DNA of 60,239 nucleotides, filler included, from Xylographa opegraphella (lineage: Eukaryota), in NCBI GenBank assembly GCA_022813865.1. It is 2 parts of 2 records of this genome, joined end to end, with 100 filler letters (N's around TTAATTAATTAA, not from the genome) between each part and the next. Parts side by side here need not be neighbours in the genome. Positions count along the whole stretch, not along the records: positions 1 to 30,368 come from JALDZX010000119.1; 1 more part is not named here. One strand, given 5' to 3'. This document shows, in pieces, positions 11,750 to 24,740 of this stretch. Below the pieces are notes generated by a model. It ran no database searches and was not told where the DNA came from. It saw nothing but the letters and a program-made list of their open reading frames with translations. Within the stretch, counting starts at the first letter, position 1. Each line of letters opens with the position of its first letter. The position numbers were made by a program, and so were the translations under genes.

Positions 11750-14700
11750 TTATATTATTTAAATATATTTCGATATGGTCGAATATCGTGACGAATCAAT
11801 GGAATTATAGTATTTAAAAATTTAAAGGTTTTTATTTTAACATGCATTTAATAATAACGCGTATAATTTACTAAACGAGATTTTAATAATCAAAAATATA
11901 ATTTAATTAGAAAAGGATTTTAAATACGAATTCATCAAGGGTTATATTATTTTTATTGAAAGAAATTAACGCGTTATTACTATTATTACTGCGAACCTTA
12001 ATATATCGATTGTGATTGTATTGTAAATTATTAAATTCATATTATTTATCCGTGCTGGCTGTTTCGATACGTATATTATTAATTAATTTTACAAAATTGT
12101 TTACGATCGGGAATTAATAATTATTAAAAAATATAATATTTAAAATATTGTCGAATGATATATAAAATTATATAAATATTTATTTAGATTAAAAGTACGA
12201 AAAAGACGCGATAAAACTTGATTTATTTAACAAATAATTTTTATTCGAAAAATAATAAATTCAATCAACACTACCGTTCGTTTTTTACCAAAATTTTACT
12301 TAATTCGAAAAGAGTTGAAAATTATTTTTTACAACTGCGAAAACCTGGTTAATATATATATAACAAAGAGTTTTATTTTATAATCGTTTTAAATGTTTAT
12401 TAACGATTTTAAAGTATATAAAAAAATATATAAAATGGTTAAAGTCTTTTACTGAATTTTTGTAAATTCATTATATAAAGAAAACGTAAATTAATTAATA
12501 TATTTACTATATTTTTCGATTTATATAATACTAATATTAAAAATATTATAAAAGTTGTTATTAAATCGTTCCAACGACCGAATCGTAAATATATTCTACG
12601 AATAAAATATTAAAATACGTTTATATACGTGTATATTGTTATATTGCTTGAAAATATGCCTCAGCAAATAAATAATAATAAATTTTCACAATATATAATT
12701 AAATACGGTTATCGTAACTACTTATGTCCTAAAGATAAAAAATTGATTTACAGTTTAATATAATGCAATACCAACGTTATTATCTATTTATTTTAAAAAC
12801 ACGAGATACGGCTTAAAAGTTTAATATAAAAAGAATTATATAATTTAAATCAAGAATTAATATTTAATAAATTAAGCCTATTATCGTACGATTTATTTCG
12901 GCATTAAATATTATAATATTTAAATTATATAATATATTATACTTTAAGTGGCAAAAACTAGGCCGAGTTATTTAAAACTTATTATTTTTAACGAATTTAT
13001 TAAATAAAAAGACCGAGCGTATTTAAAATACTTTTAGAATTTATAATTTCCTGCGTCTTAACCTCGAAAACAAAGCTCGATATATTATGTATAATTTTAA
13101 TCGCTATTAAATGCAGGCAGAGCTATTATTTTTACCTCGTTAGTTTTAGGAAATTATGCCCAGGCAGGTTAATTTCGCCAACAGTATTTATTTATTATTA
13201 ATCGATATTTCGCAGCGCAAAGGTTATTCTTTTTTAAAAATATTATTATTTAAATTTAATAATAATTACGAAATATAATATAATCGTGAACTTTTAAAGA
13301 CATGTAACATTAAATAAAATATATATTTATTTACTCGAAGCCCGGGAGTATTATTAAAAATTTATTTTATATATAAATAATTTTAATTCTAGAACGCTTT
13401 AAAGTCTTATCAAAAACGATATTTATTTAAACGTTAATAATTTACAGGCCATATGAAATCCAATAATAAAAGAAAATATTAATAAATTAAATTTTAGTTA
13501 GATAGTAAAAATAAGTAATCAAAAGCTACAAAAGAGTTTATTCAATATTATATTTATTCGATTTTTATTAATTCGACCTTTATTAACTCGATCTCGTAAA
13601 ATATTTAATAAATAAAATAAGCTGTTCGTAGTATTAAATATATATACTGATTTATATATAACGAATAATACGAGAAAATACGTTAGAGTAATAAACAATA
13701 ATATTTTTACGAAAGAATTAAACTACAAGTAAATGAAATAAATGTATATTACTTACTTTATTTATTGATTAAATATTTATAGCTACTTTGTCGAGTGCAA
13801 TAGCTTATATTAAATGAATTGATCGTTTAAAATAATAATAATTATACTGCACTTTTAAATTTAATAAAATATATATTCGCAAAAAATATAATACGATAAT
13901 CCCTTCGTCTGAGGCTTGCTAAAACATAAAAAAAAATTTAAAAGTAATAAATTTTTTAAAATAATTTATATAAATTATATTTGTCGTTATTGAAAAATTC
14001 CTTAGTTAATCCGAAACACGTTAATGTTACGATCCTGCCTCTCACTAGTATAGTTCGATTAGGGATCTGGGTTGGATTCGTCAANNNNNNNNNNNNNNNN
14101 NNNNNNNNNNNNNNNNNNNNNNNNNNNNNNNNNNNNNNNNNNNNNNNNNNNNNNNNNNNNNNAGGAGCATTCCTGTTAGGGTCCTTTCCGTACCCGAACT
14201 ACCCGGTACTGGGTTGAACCTTAACAGTTAATCACTTTGATGCTTCTATAAATTAACGCAATTTTCGTAATAACGTGAGTTATTATAAAATTAAATTATT
14301 CATCGTTAAATTTCGATTAATTTTTTCTAATTATTATAACGTTAAATCGCTATCAAAAATTGAAAGTTTTTATTAAATACATTTATTCGTTAAACAATTA
14401 CGCAAGGTTCATAAATAAAAATACGATTTACAATACATTATAAATTTCAACAATAAAATAATTAAATAATATAGTAAAATTAAGTATATAAATTTACAAC
14501 GTAGAAAAAAATCTTTCGAAATAATAATTTTCATTATAATACGCGGTCGAAAAAGTCGATTGTTTAAATTTTTATTTATGTATACAGAAATACGCGGTGT
14601 ATTTTTCTTATTATAAAAGTATTAATTTCGAAGGTGGTCAACAATAAAACAATGCGAAATATTATACTTAATCTTTCTTTTTACTATATTTTATTATATC

Positions 14701-14900
14701 AATAAAATGTCGATATTTTTTACAATAAAAAACCATAACCTTTATCTCGTTCCTGTGCAAAAAAAATCATAATTGTATTCATTAAACGTATAAAATATAG
14801 AAATAAAAATCAAAAAATAAGGCGGCGAATAGATATTTCGTACAATATAACTAAAAATTTAAATATTTATAATACTGTACTTTATTTCAAATATTTTATT
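11750..14900 (+). pseudogene. RIP-inactivated CACTA/EnSpm- or Plavaka-like DDE transposase
   Basis: 12393 MFINDFKVYKKIYK..K.FY (de-RIP FIDDFGVHR.MY) followed by de-RIP GPHG. 12647-12730 LENMPQQ...GYRNYLCP (LGDMPQQ...GCRSCLCP). 12928-12966 YNILYFKWQKLGR (YDVPHSEWQGLGR). Interrupted by the solo LTR at 14025. Confidence 0.72.
14025..14226 (-). mobile_element. Solo LTR related to family C (contains an N gap)
   Basis: TGTTACGA...CCTTAACA termini, perfect TSD GTTAA. First 60 nt are the unmutated reverse complement of the C-LTR 3' end. Confidence 0.85.
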
Positions 14901-15384
14901 ATTAAAATTTCAAATAATAGTTTTTTCTGTCGTAAATTATAAATAAATAAATACAGTAAATTCGTAAAATATCTAATATAACTTGATAAAGGCTGGTTAA
15001 TTCTACGAAAACACAATTATAGTACGATTACACCACGATTGCACAAAGATTGCAAAATTATTTTAATAATAAATTACAGGCCCTAGCAATCAAACGCATT
15101 CGTTACGCAATTAAATCTATCAACAGTAAACTCGATTTTAATAAATATAAAACGATTATATAATAATGATAATATCGAGTGTATTTAAAATATAATTATA
15201 ATAAATTCGCTGTATATTTACCTCGCAATCGATGTACAACCGTTGTACAACAATCTTATTATTATAAAATACGATTAAACAATATCGTATACAATTAAAA
15301 TAAAATATTTTTTTAAATTTATTTTATTACTTCCTTAATTATAATTAAAACTTTTAAAATTTTACGATGGTCAAAATTATCAAT

Positions 15385-18300
15385 AATAATAAATAAACGT
15401 TAACGTACTTACGTATATCGTACGTAAAATATACATATATATTTAATAATTTATAATATTTAATTGCAGTCGTTTTTTAACGAAATTTAGTCGAAAATTT
15501 TACATATATATAAAAATACCGTGAGGCCTATTTTTTGATACGTAAAAAAATTTAACTAATATTTTTAACTTTTATTAATCAATTTTTATTAAATATTCTT
15601 TTAATATTCAATTTTATTATGTTCGTTTAATTTTTATTAAGGTTTATATTTATTTAATAACTTTATTAGCGCTTAATTCACGCTTATATTATTTAAATTT
15701 AAATTTAAATTTAGTTTATACTTTATTAAAAAGATTTTTATATTATTTTTATACGTATTTTTAGTTCCTTCGTACGTATTTATAACGTAATATTTTCTAA
15801 ATTTATAATATTTTCTGTTCCCTAGGCATAGCGACGACATTTTTAATTTTTTTTATAATTTTAACGCAATTTTCTCGCAGGCTTTTTTAATTTTTATATC
15901 CTTTATTTTATGAAATTTTTTTTAATTTTAATAGAATTGATTTTTATAAATATAAATTTACAGGGGAAATAAACGATTTCGCTTTTAATATGTTAATCTA
16001 AATCGTACGATACGTTTTGATAATAATTTTCAAATATTTATTTTAAATAACTATTAATCTTTTACGTATTATTTTTTTATACTTTTTTATACTTTTTAAA
16101 TCATATTAAATAATAAAATTGTAAGATTACGCTACATATATAATTATTAAATATATTTATTACGCTTTCGTAAATTCTGCGCCTTACGTAAACGTCAATA
16201 ATTTATTTAAAATCAATAATTAAATCGCTAGTTTCTTTTTAATCTCGTGTAAATAAAGCCTTTATTTTGATTATTCATTTTTTAGACGTTTAAAGCTTTT
16301 ATCAATATTTTAACGGCGATATTAGACTGTTTTAAATAAATTAAAACTCGAAAGATATATTTTTTAGTATTTTTATAAAATAAAAAAATTCGTATTTTTC
16401 CAATATAAAAACTTACGCCATACTTTTCGTATTGATGATTTATATTTTATATATATTTTTCTGAATTTATTATAGTTGTCTTTTATATTATTTTTATAAA
16501 TAAAATATTTATATTATTTAAACTTTTTATAGTATTAATTCTTTTACCCGATTGGGTATAAATATCAATATATTCGGCGTTAAAAAAGAATAAATAAAGA
16601 AAAAAGGTTATTTTTCCGGAATTTTAAAATGTATTTTGAATGTTTAAAACTTATATTTAAAAATTATTATTGTCGTCTTTTTACTATTTTATTTTTTAAT
16701 TATTTAATTAAATAACTTCAAATACGATTTGTTTTTGGTTTATATAATAATCGTTCGAGTCTTACGTTGTCGAAGGCGCCTTTTTAATTTAAATAAAGTT
16801 TTATAGCTATTTTACGTATATTATATTTTGCAATAATATATATTTATTTAAATAATAATTACAAGGTGACTCGTGAATTTATAGCATTTCGCGTTTATTT
16901 AAACCCCGGGAAACAATATATTTATTTTTATTATATCGCTGATTCTAATAATTATTATTAATTTAAATATTTTATATGTTATATTTAATAGCGCAATAGA
17001 TTTATATGCCTCTACGTTCTTATTATTTATTTTTATTATTCTACGTAATATTATTATTTTAGCTTTTTTATATTTCGCGGAATATATTTTATATATAATA
17101 TATACGTTGAACAGCTTATATAAATAGAGTTTAAATATGTTTACTATAGTTTTTTATTTTTTATTACAAATTTAATATAACTCGAGCGCCTGTTTGCGTT
17201 TATTTTATTGATAATTTATATAATTTATTTTACTATAACTTTTTTAACATTTTAATTTTAAATAAATCAATATAAATGTTTATATTTTCAAAGTTCGCCG
17301 TCGAGGATTTAAGATTTTTTTTAAATCTGTTAATTTTGTTTTTCCAGGTTATAGCAATAATATCATTAAAATATAACTTCGATATTTACGATAATTTTAA
17401 AAAAGGATACTTTTCGTACGCATTTATTTAATTAGCTTTTGAATTCTTATTAAGAAACTAAACGTATTTTGAATTTTATATTTGAATTCCAGTTTTTTAT
17501 TTTAATACTAAATTCAATTTTATTTTCTACGATACAAGAATATTTAATAAAGTTTTTTTCGTTAATTTATATAAAATAGATTTGCGCGCCGTTTTCGCCT
17601 GTTTAATTATAATTCTATATTTTTTAACTTATTAACTTTATAAAACGATCAATTAATAAATGATTAAAATAAAGTTTTTAATCGTGAAATTTGAACCGAA
17701 TTCGATTTTCAATAGTTTACGCTTTATATCGTTTTTGTTCAACATTTTTCATATTTCTTTTTAAAAAAATATTTATACTTTTTTGCGAATCGCTTTTAAA
17801 TTTATTTTACTTTAATTATGTTTTATACTCGAAATGGGTTTTATTATTCCCCCAGCTTAATTGGATAATTACTAAAAAATAATTAAACTAATAATTTAAT
17901 TCTTGTTTAATGCCGTCATTAATTATGCGTTCTATTAAATTTTTCTTTTACAAATACTAAATTAAGTATAATATATATATTTTTTGTTTTTCTATATAAT
18001 TAAACCTTTTAAAAAATTTAATTTAAATTTTATTTCGGCGACAAACTCGATTAATAAATTTATTATTACGTATTGAATAAATTTAACTACGCCAAACTAA
18101 TATTATACATATAAATTAAAGAATTTGAATAAAGTTTATAAGCCGCTTTCGAAAGTTATATATTTTATTTACGTTAAACTACTTTCGCTTATGGAATAAT
18201 ACGGTTTCAATAAATTATAAATATTATAAATTAATATTAAATTATTGTTTTTTAATTTATTTTATTAATTTGTTAAAGTATTTAAATTTTTATTTAGAAA

Positions 18301-20100
18301 ATTAAAAAATTAATCTTTCATAATTTAAAGTTAGTTTTTTGTTAATATATAAATATACTTTAACTCTTTGTTGTAATTAATAAGTTAAATAAAAATTATG
18401 ACTGCGAAAATTATACGTTATATATACGAACGAGTTATATTAAAGTTTTTAAATAATCAATATATTAAATTTTTTAAATTTTTTTATTTTGTAATAATAA
18501 GATTATAACCATATTTTTAATCTTACGTATATTATATTATAATATTAACATTCGTTTTATATCGTTTATGTTTTACGTTGTTTTATGATAATTTATATAT
18601 CTATTAGATTCACGCTTAATATATTCGAGGGTACCGCTTTATTCTTTAATTTAATACGAATATATTTCGCGTTATTATTGTTTTGACCGTTGATTAATTC
18701 GCTTTTTCCGAATAATATTTAATTAAAATTTAAAATATATAGCTTTTCGAGGGGGTTCGTAAAATTTAATATAAAATTTTAGTTTTTTTATTTATTTTAC
18801 GCGTTTTAAACTCTTTTATTGTATTTTTACTACGCGTTTTTAAAGGTAATAAAAACATTTATTACAATATATCGCGAATATTTCTTTCCCTTTTTTAAAT
18901 TTTTATTAAATTTTTATTAAACCATGTTTCGCAGCTTTATTTCGAGTAAAATTATATATTTTTTAATATTATTATTCGAATATTTATATTCGTTGCGACG
19001 CGTCATATTATTTCAATGATACTCGTATATTTTTAGTTATTTATACGCCATTTTATATGTATTCGTATTATTTATTAATGTTTATAATATTATATAATTT
19101 TTTTAAAAATAGTTCGCAGTTTTTAACTTCGTAAGTATTCTTTTATAAAGCTTTTTTTAATTAATACGTTAATTTATTTTACGAACGCTACCTTTACGAT
19201 TATTAATCTAAAAGCGTTAATGATTTTTATTGCTAATTTTGACTACATTCTTTAAATTATTTATAAATTCAAATATACTATTTATTACATTAAGGATTTA
19301 TATACTATACGCAAAATGATCGTATTAATCGATTATTCTTTGATTTTATATATATTATTATCAAATACGTTTTGCAATAAGTAATAACCTTCGAAATCGT
19401 TTACCAAATCAGTTCGTATTTAATATTAAATGTTTTTCAAAATAAATATTTAAAAATTATAATATCAAATTTTCGCTTACTAATTTGCGCACCGCCAGCG
19501 TTTTAAATATTTATTTTTTCAATTACTTTCAGATTTTGTCGTATAATTTTATCTAAAACAACGTTAGGGTTTTTTTTATATATTTAACTTTAATTAATTT
19601 TTGATTAATTTTTTTAATTTTTGCCATTATATTCGCGTTACGCTGTTTATTCGCCTAAATGACGACTTATATTTAAAATATCGTTAATTTTTTTTCATTA
19701 ATACGCGTGGTTTTGTCGCCAAACTTTTATTCATAATAAGTTTAAAAATTTATAAAATAGTTATATTTTATGTTTCTTAAGTTTTTTTATTAACGTTTTA
19801 ATTAAAATTAAAAACGCGATAATAATGCGTAAAGAACTATTTGATTTCTATTATTAAAAAAAGGTTTATAGTAAAAAAAATTATATTAATATTTTTAATA
19901 AATATATTTATATAACTTTCCTAGTTTTTTAAGTAGCAATCGATATTCGGCCAGTTGAAATATTTTTGATTTAAAGCCCTCAGTAGATCTTTTATCGCGA
20001 AAAAAGCTGGCGTAAATTTAATAATATATATATTCGTAAAATATAAATAATTGTTTAAATGTTTTCCGAAAATTGGTATCGCCGATGTAAGATTATTTGG
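15385..20100 (-). mobile_element. Tad1-like LINE (ORF1 + endonuclease/RT ORF2), RIP-degraded
   Basis: Minus-strand KGAFDNV (~16770), de-RIP GIPQGSP..FFNAE (~16570-16625), LLPGVQMGAR-like (~16900), ORF1-like LAVRKL (~19490). 3' end ACGTTAACGTT followed by a (TAT)n tail near 15385-15410. Confidence 0.8.
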
Positions 20101-20367
20101 TTAAACATACTTTATATTATATTTAAAAAAAAGTACGAAAAGACTACGTATAAATAAAAAAAATTATTTTGTTAATATATTTAAAATAAATTACTACGTC
20201 GTTGATATGTATTTTATAATTGATTTTATACTTTTAAATTATATCGTTAATTGCTTTTGTATATAAACGAGGCTGTTGTAATAATTTATTAATAAAATAT
20301 TAAGTATTTTTTAATTTAAATAAAATACGACTGCGAGGTAATTTCGATAAAAATTACAAATTTATCA
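20100..20367 (-). mobile_element. Gypsy family F RT fragment
   Basis: Matches 23150-23430; YINDVV (de-RIP YIDDVV) at ~20195. Confidence 0.7.
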
Positions 20368-23300
20368 TTATATGAGGTGAGCGCCTGATTACAGGATTTG
20401 TAATTATATAATGATATGAAAAAGCTGAATTATAACTATAAAAGGGAAAAACTTTACTATATAGTAACTCGTTAAAATGTGTAAATAAAGCAAAAAAAGG
20501 GGAGCATAAATTGAATTAAAATTCAGAATTCAGTATTTGTAATAAATTTTTTAATTAAGAACAATTCAGCGCCTACGCTAAATAAAATGCATATGTAATA
20601 TAAAAATACGTTTAATTATTTTCCTTGATCAACCCCTTTTTTCGGTGATCATAATACGTTAATATTATTTTTTTATTAAATTCAATTATTTTCGGCCGAG
20701 CGTATCGAGTGTATATTTTTTCGTATTTTCATTATAATCGTTGATAAAAGATTTTGCCTTGTTTAAGTTCTTTTTTTAGCTATTTATTATGTTCTGTTTC
20801 GTATCTTCTTTATTTAATTAAATATTTTACGATGGGTTTTCTATAGAAGATTTTCTCCCGTTCATTTAATAATCGATTAAATTTAAAGGATTTATTTTCG
20901 TAGTCGTTAATATATATCGTGGTAAATTAATTAAAAATGAAATTTTAATAAAAATCGAGCTCTAAATCTAACGCGGGGTTAAATTAAACGATTGTAAAAA
21001 TTAAATCGTTTTTTTAGTTTTAAAGTAGCTCGAATAAATTATATACTAATTGTTTTACCTTTTTAAAACCCTTCAAAAATTCTGCGTATTATAAAAAATA
21101 TTTTTTATCAAAAGCGATAGAAATACCGTGCTCTTTATATAAACGAATTATTATGAAATTGACGAACGATAAAAGAATAGCGATACATTTTTTGTCGTAA
21201 TATTTTTTTGTTAATATATTCGTAAAAGTCATTATTTTTTCGCTTTTATTCTATGTCGCTAGAAATTATACGTCGTTTTTTTTTCGCCGTGGTTCATTGA
21301 AAAATTCGCTAAATTTAATATATTTAGTTTTTTATTTAAATGTATTCCTTGCGTAATTTCGTTAACGAATTTCGTAGTAAGTATATTAAATAAATTATTA
21401 AGCGTTATTTGTAAGGCCGGCAGAAAATTCGATGAATCCTCGAATATTTTAATCTCGCGCATATATCGCAGAGCTATTTCAACCATTTAATTAATTTTTT
21501 TACTAACTATTTATTTAAAAATAATATACGATAAAATATAGTAATTCAATTTTTAAAGCTCGAAAGAGTTTTTTTATAGTTTCAATAAATATTTTCTTTT
21601 TTTATTTAAAAGTATAACTTTCGAAAGAAATTATTCGGCGATACAAAAGGATAATAGAAAATTTTTAATTTAATTTTTTGCCGTATAAATACTCTTGCCT
21701 AATATTATATCGACTGTTTAATTAAATTTATACATTACGATAAGGCAGCAGTCGTATTCTGATTGTACCTTTAATAAAATAAGAATAAAGTTTTTCGTTA
21801 CGTAATAATAAAAAATATCGAACGTTAAAATTATTTAAATTTTTTAAGGTTTATACCTTTTAATTTAATTCTTAGAGTACTATTAATAATATCTAATACA
21901 TACTTTAAAATAATATTTAAGTTGGTAAATATATAAAAAAATCGTAATTATATCGTAAATACGATAATATCCAGAATAATCGTATGAATCGTGCGTTATA
22001 TATAATAAGTTTGTTATTAAATTATAAAATATATATAGTATTTTCGACAATTATTAAATTTATTAAATTTAAGTATTCGTTGTTTTTTTCGTATGAAAAG
22101 AATGCCGCGTATATATTTACAGTATTATTTTTACGAATTTCCTCAAGGATTTTACGTTAACGAGTATCGTTTTATGATGAATAATGAATTCAATTTCGAA
22201 AAAATAATATTTTTATTATAATCGTCTACTAATAATTTAAATAATTGAATTTATTATAGAAACTTTCGTTGTCGTTGCGCGTATCGTTATTATTTAATTT
22301 AAAAATAATATTTAATACGATATAAAATCGGCCGGGTCTATATTTAACGATGAATTTGAATTTTTAAAATATTTCCAAATTTTAATAAATTATAAATTAA
22401 AATTCTAATATTTATAGTAGACAGGCTAATTTGAATTGCGATAATAATAGTTGTAAAATAATCGATATACATTATCGCGGCTAATCTTTGTGCGGCTTTC
22501 AATATATATCGAGTTTTTTTATGATTTAAATTGTATATATTATTTCTATTTGAATAGGCTAGTACCTTTTTTCTGTATTAACTGAAACTTTGTTCAAAAA
22601 TATAATAAATTGAATGACGCAGTAATTTCAATATAAAAAATAGGTCCATGACTTTAGCGTCGGTTATTTTAAAAATATTAATGTCGAATAAAATAGTAAA
22701 CGTATTTCGATGTTCGTTAATATTTTTAATAATAAATATAGATTTTTATTTCGCGTTTCTGTAACGTGGCGATGTCGCAGAAAAGTTATGAAAATAAGTC
22801 AAAATGCGTTAAGATAAACTAATTGCTAAAAACGGTTTTCAATTTTTCGAAATTTTTTTATTTTAGTTAAAATCGAATTATTTATAAATAAATTAGCTAT
22901 TATTTTTTTTCGTCGCATATTAATAACGTTATATTTTACGAGATTTCGATTAAATAATTTTTTGCCTTTTTTAAAAGCGATGTTAAATAAATATATTTCG
23001 CGACGTGATTACGAAAATATTTAGATATTTTTAAATATGTTTTGAATCTACGTAATATTGTAGAAAATTTTAAAAAAATTTTATTTATTTTCTGCAGTTG
23101 CAAGGTCGAAGGTATTAAATTTTTTAATTTAATCAATTCACGCTAAAATAATGTAAATTTTTTTTATTTAGGGCTAAATATATATTGTATTTGAGCAGGT
23201 ACGAGAAAGCTGCGTATAAATAAAAAAAGTATTTTTTTAATATATTCGAATAAATAATCGCGTCGTTAATATATATTTTATAGTAAATTTTATATTTTTT

Positions 23301-23960
23301 AATAATATCGTCGATTTTCTTTTGTATATAAACGAGGCTATAATAGTAATTTATCAATATAATATTGAACATTTTTTATTTCGATAAAATACGACTGCGA
23401 GGCGGTTTCGATAAAGGTTATAATTCGTTATCAATAAAAAATTAATCATAATTTATTATCGATATATATTTTATTTCGCGTATTACCGCGATAATCCTTG
23501 TTTATAAAGGAATAGAGTATAAATTCGAGATTCAAATTTTGCTTAAAAATTGTACATTAATTATGACACGAATTTTTTTAATTTTATTAATTTTTTTCTG
23601 AATTACGAAATACGAATAATTAAATAATATAATCTTTTAAAATTAATTTAATTTTATATATATATATTTTAATAAAATTTTTATTGACGATGTCGCGGTC
23701 TTTAAAATCGAGTAAATATATTTTAAAAATTGATTTGTAAATTATTTATTAATTGTCGATTAATAATATTTTTATTTATTTCGCTTTTAAAATATTTATT
23801 ACGTTATTATTATTTCTTTATAACCTCAAGAGATCATTTATTATTTCGACGATTTTCGCTGCGACGATAAAGTTTTTATTATAAATCATAATTTAATTTG
23901 AAAGTATTTGTTTTATTTTTTCGACGGCATATTGTACTCAGAAATATCGAAGGTTAAAAC
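20368..23960 (-). mobile_element. 5'-truncated Gypsy family F (3' LTR 20368-20544, chromo/integrase, RNase H, RT)
   Basis: LTR matches those at 40432 and 47076 in reverse. ORF 21259-21486 (VEIALRY) is integrase. ORF 23133-23372 contains YINDAIIYS (YVDD). Confidence 0.85.
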
Positions 23961-24524
23961 AAATTTACGATATTTTTATTATTTTCAAAATATGCTGTCA
24001 GGTTCGCTTCGTTTAAAAATATTAAAAAATATTAATTAATATTGTATTTTACAAGATTGTTAAAGTTTATTTTTTACGATATTATTATAAATAAAAATAT
24101 TATTCATTGTATAAACGTAGAAAAGATTTGCGTTTATTACGTATACGTAAAAACTTTTATACGTCGATTTAAAAATAAAACCGCGATGGAGGGGAAATTT
24201 TTTAATATATTAAACTATAATAAACGTTTTACGTGAGATGCAAGGTTTTGGGCTCGGGGTGCAATGCGTAATTGGCTATCAAGCTGAAACTAAGGAGGGA
24301 AGTGTTCAGGACCGCAGATTCTGATTATATACATATTGGGCTTCCTAAATGAGAAGCCACGCCCAGGATGCGAGCAGCCAGAAGCCACGCCTAGAATGTA
24401 GGCCAGCAGGCCGAACGCCACTTTGAACCCTGCACCTTACAGTATCCTCCCCCTTTCTATGCTTTCTGACCTCAGAAAGGGCTAAGATTGCTTACACGGG
24501 CGAAAAGTGTAAGGTGAATACAGA

Positions 24525-24740
24525 CGAAATGTGAGAATAGCGAATATAAACGTAATCTGAAATCTCGCGAATATAAGTTATAATGTAAACCTTCGCGATT
24601 ACAAACGTGATGTGAAATCTCGCGAATACAGATATAATATAAACTCTCGCGATTATAAACGTGATGTAAAGCTTCGCGAATATAAACGTGATATGAGATT
24701 TCGCGAATAAAGATAAAATATAAAATAATAAATATAATAC
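24525..24740. repeat. 27-bp tandem array in the 3' UTR of family E
   Basis: Unit ~TCGCGATTACAAACGTGATGTGAAATC, about 7-8 copies. Confidence 0.8.

Larger units (their letters stand above)
7360..15385 (+). mobile_element. Large fossil DNA transposon carrying SNF2 helicase and CACTA/Plavaka-like transposase genes
   Basis: Co-oriented helicase and transposase relics with uniform RIP, lying between a Gypsy RT breakpoint and a LINE 3' tail. Termini not resolved. Confidence 0.65.

Noticed and set aside
7387..15442. Candidate TIRs for the helicase-transposase element
   Set aside because: The match is weak and low-complexity, and the right-hand candidate is better explained as the LINE 3' end.
24525..24740. 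CRISPR-like array (also 3426-3580 and 550-1290)
   Set aside because: These are head-to-tail degenerate tandem units without unique spacers, in a eukaryotic context with no cas genes.
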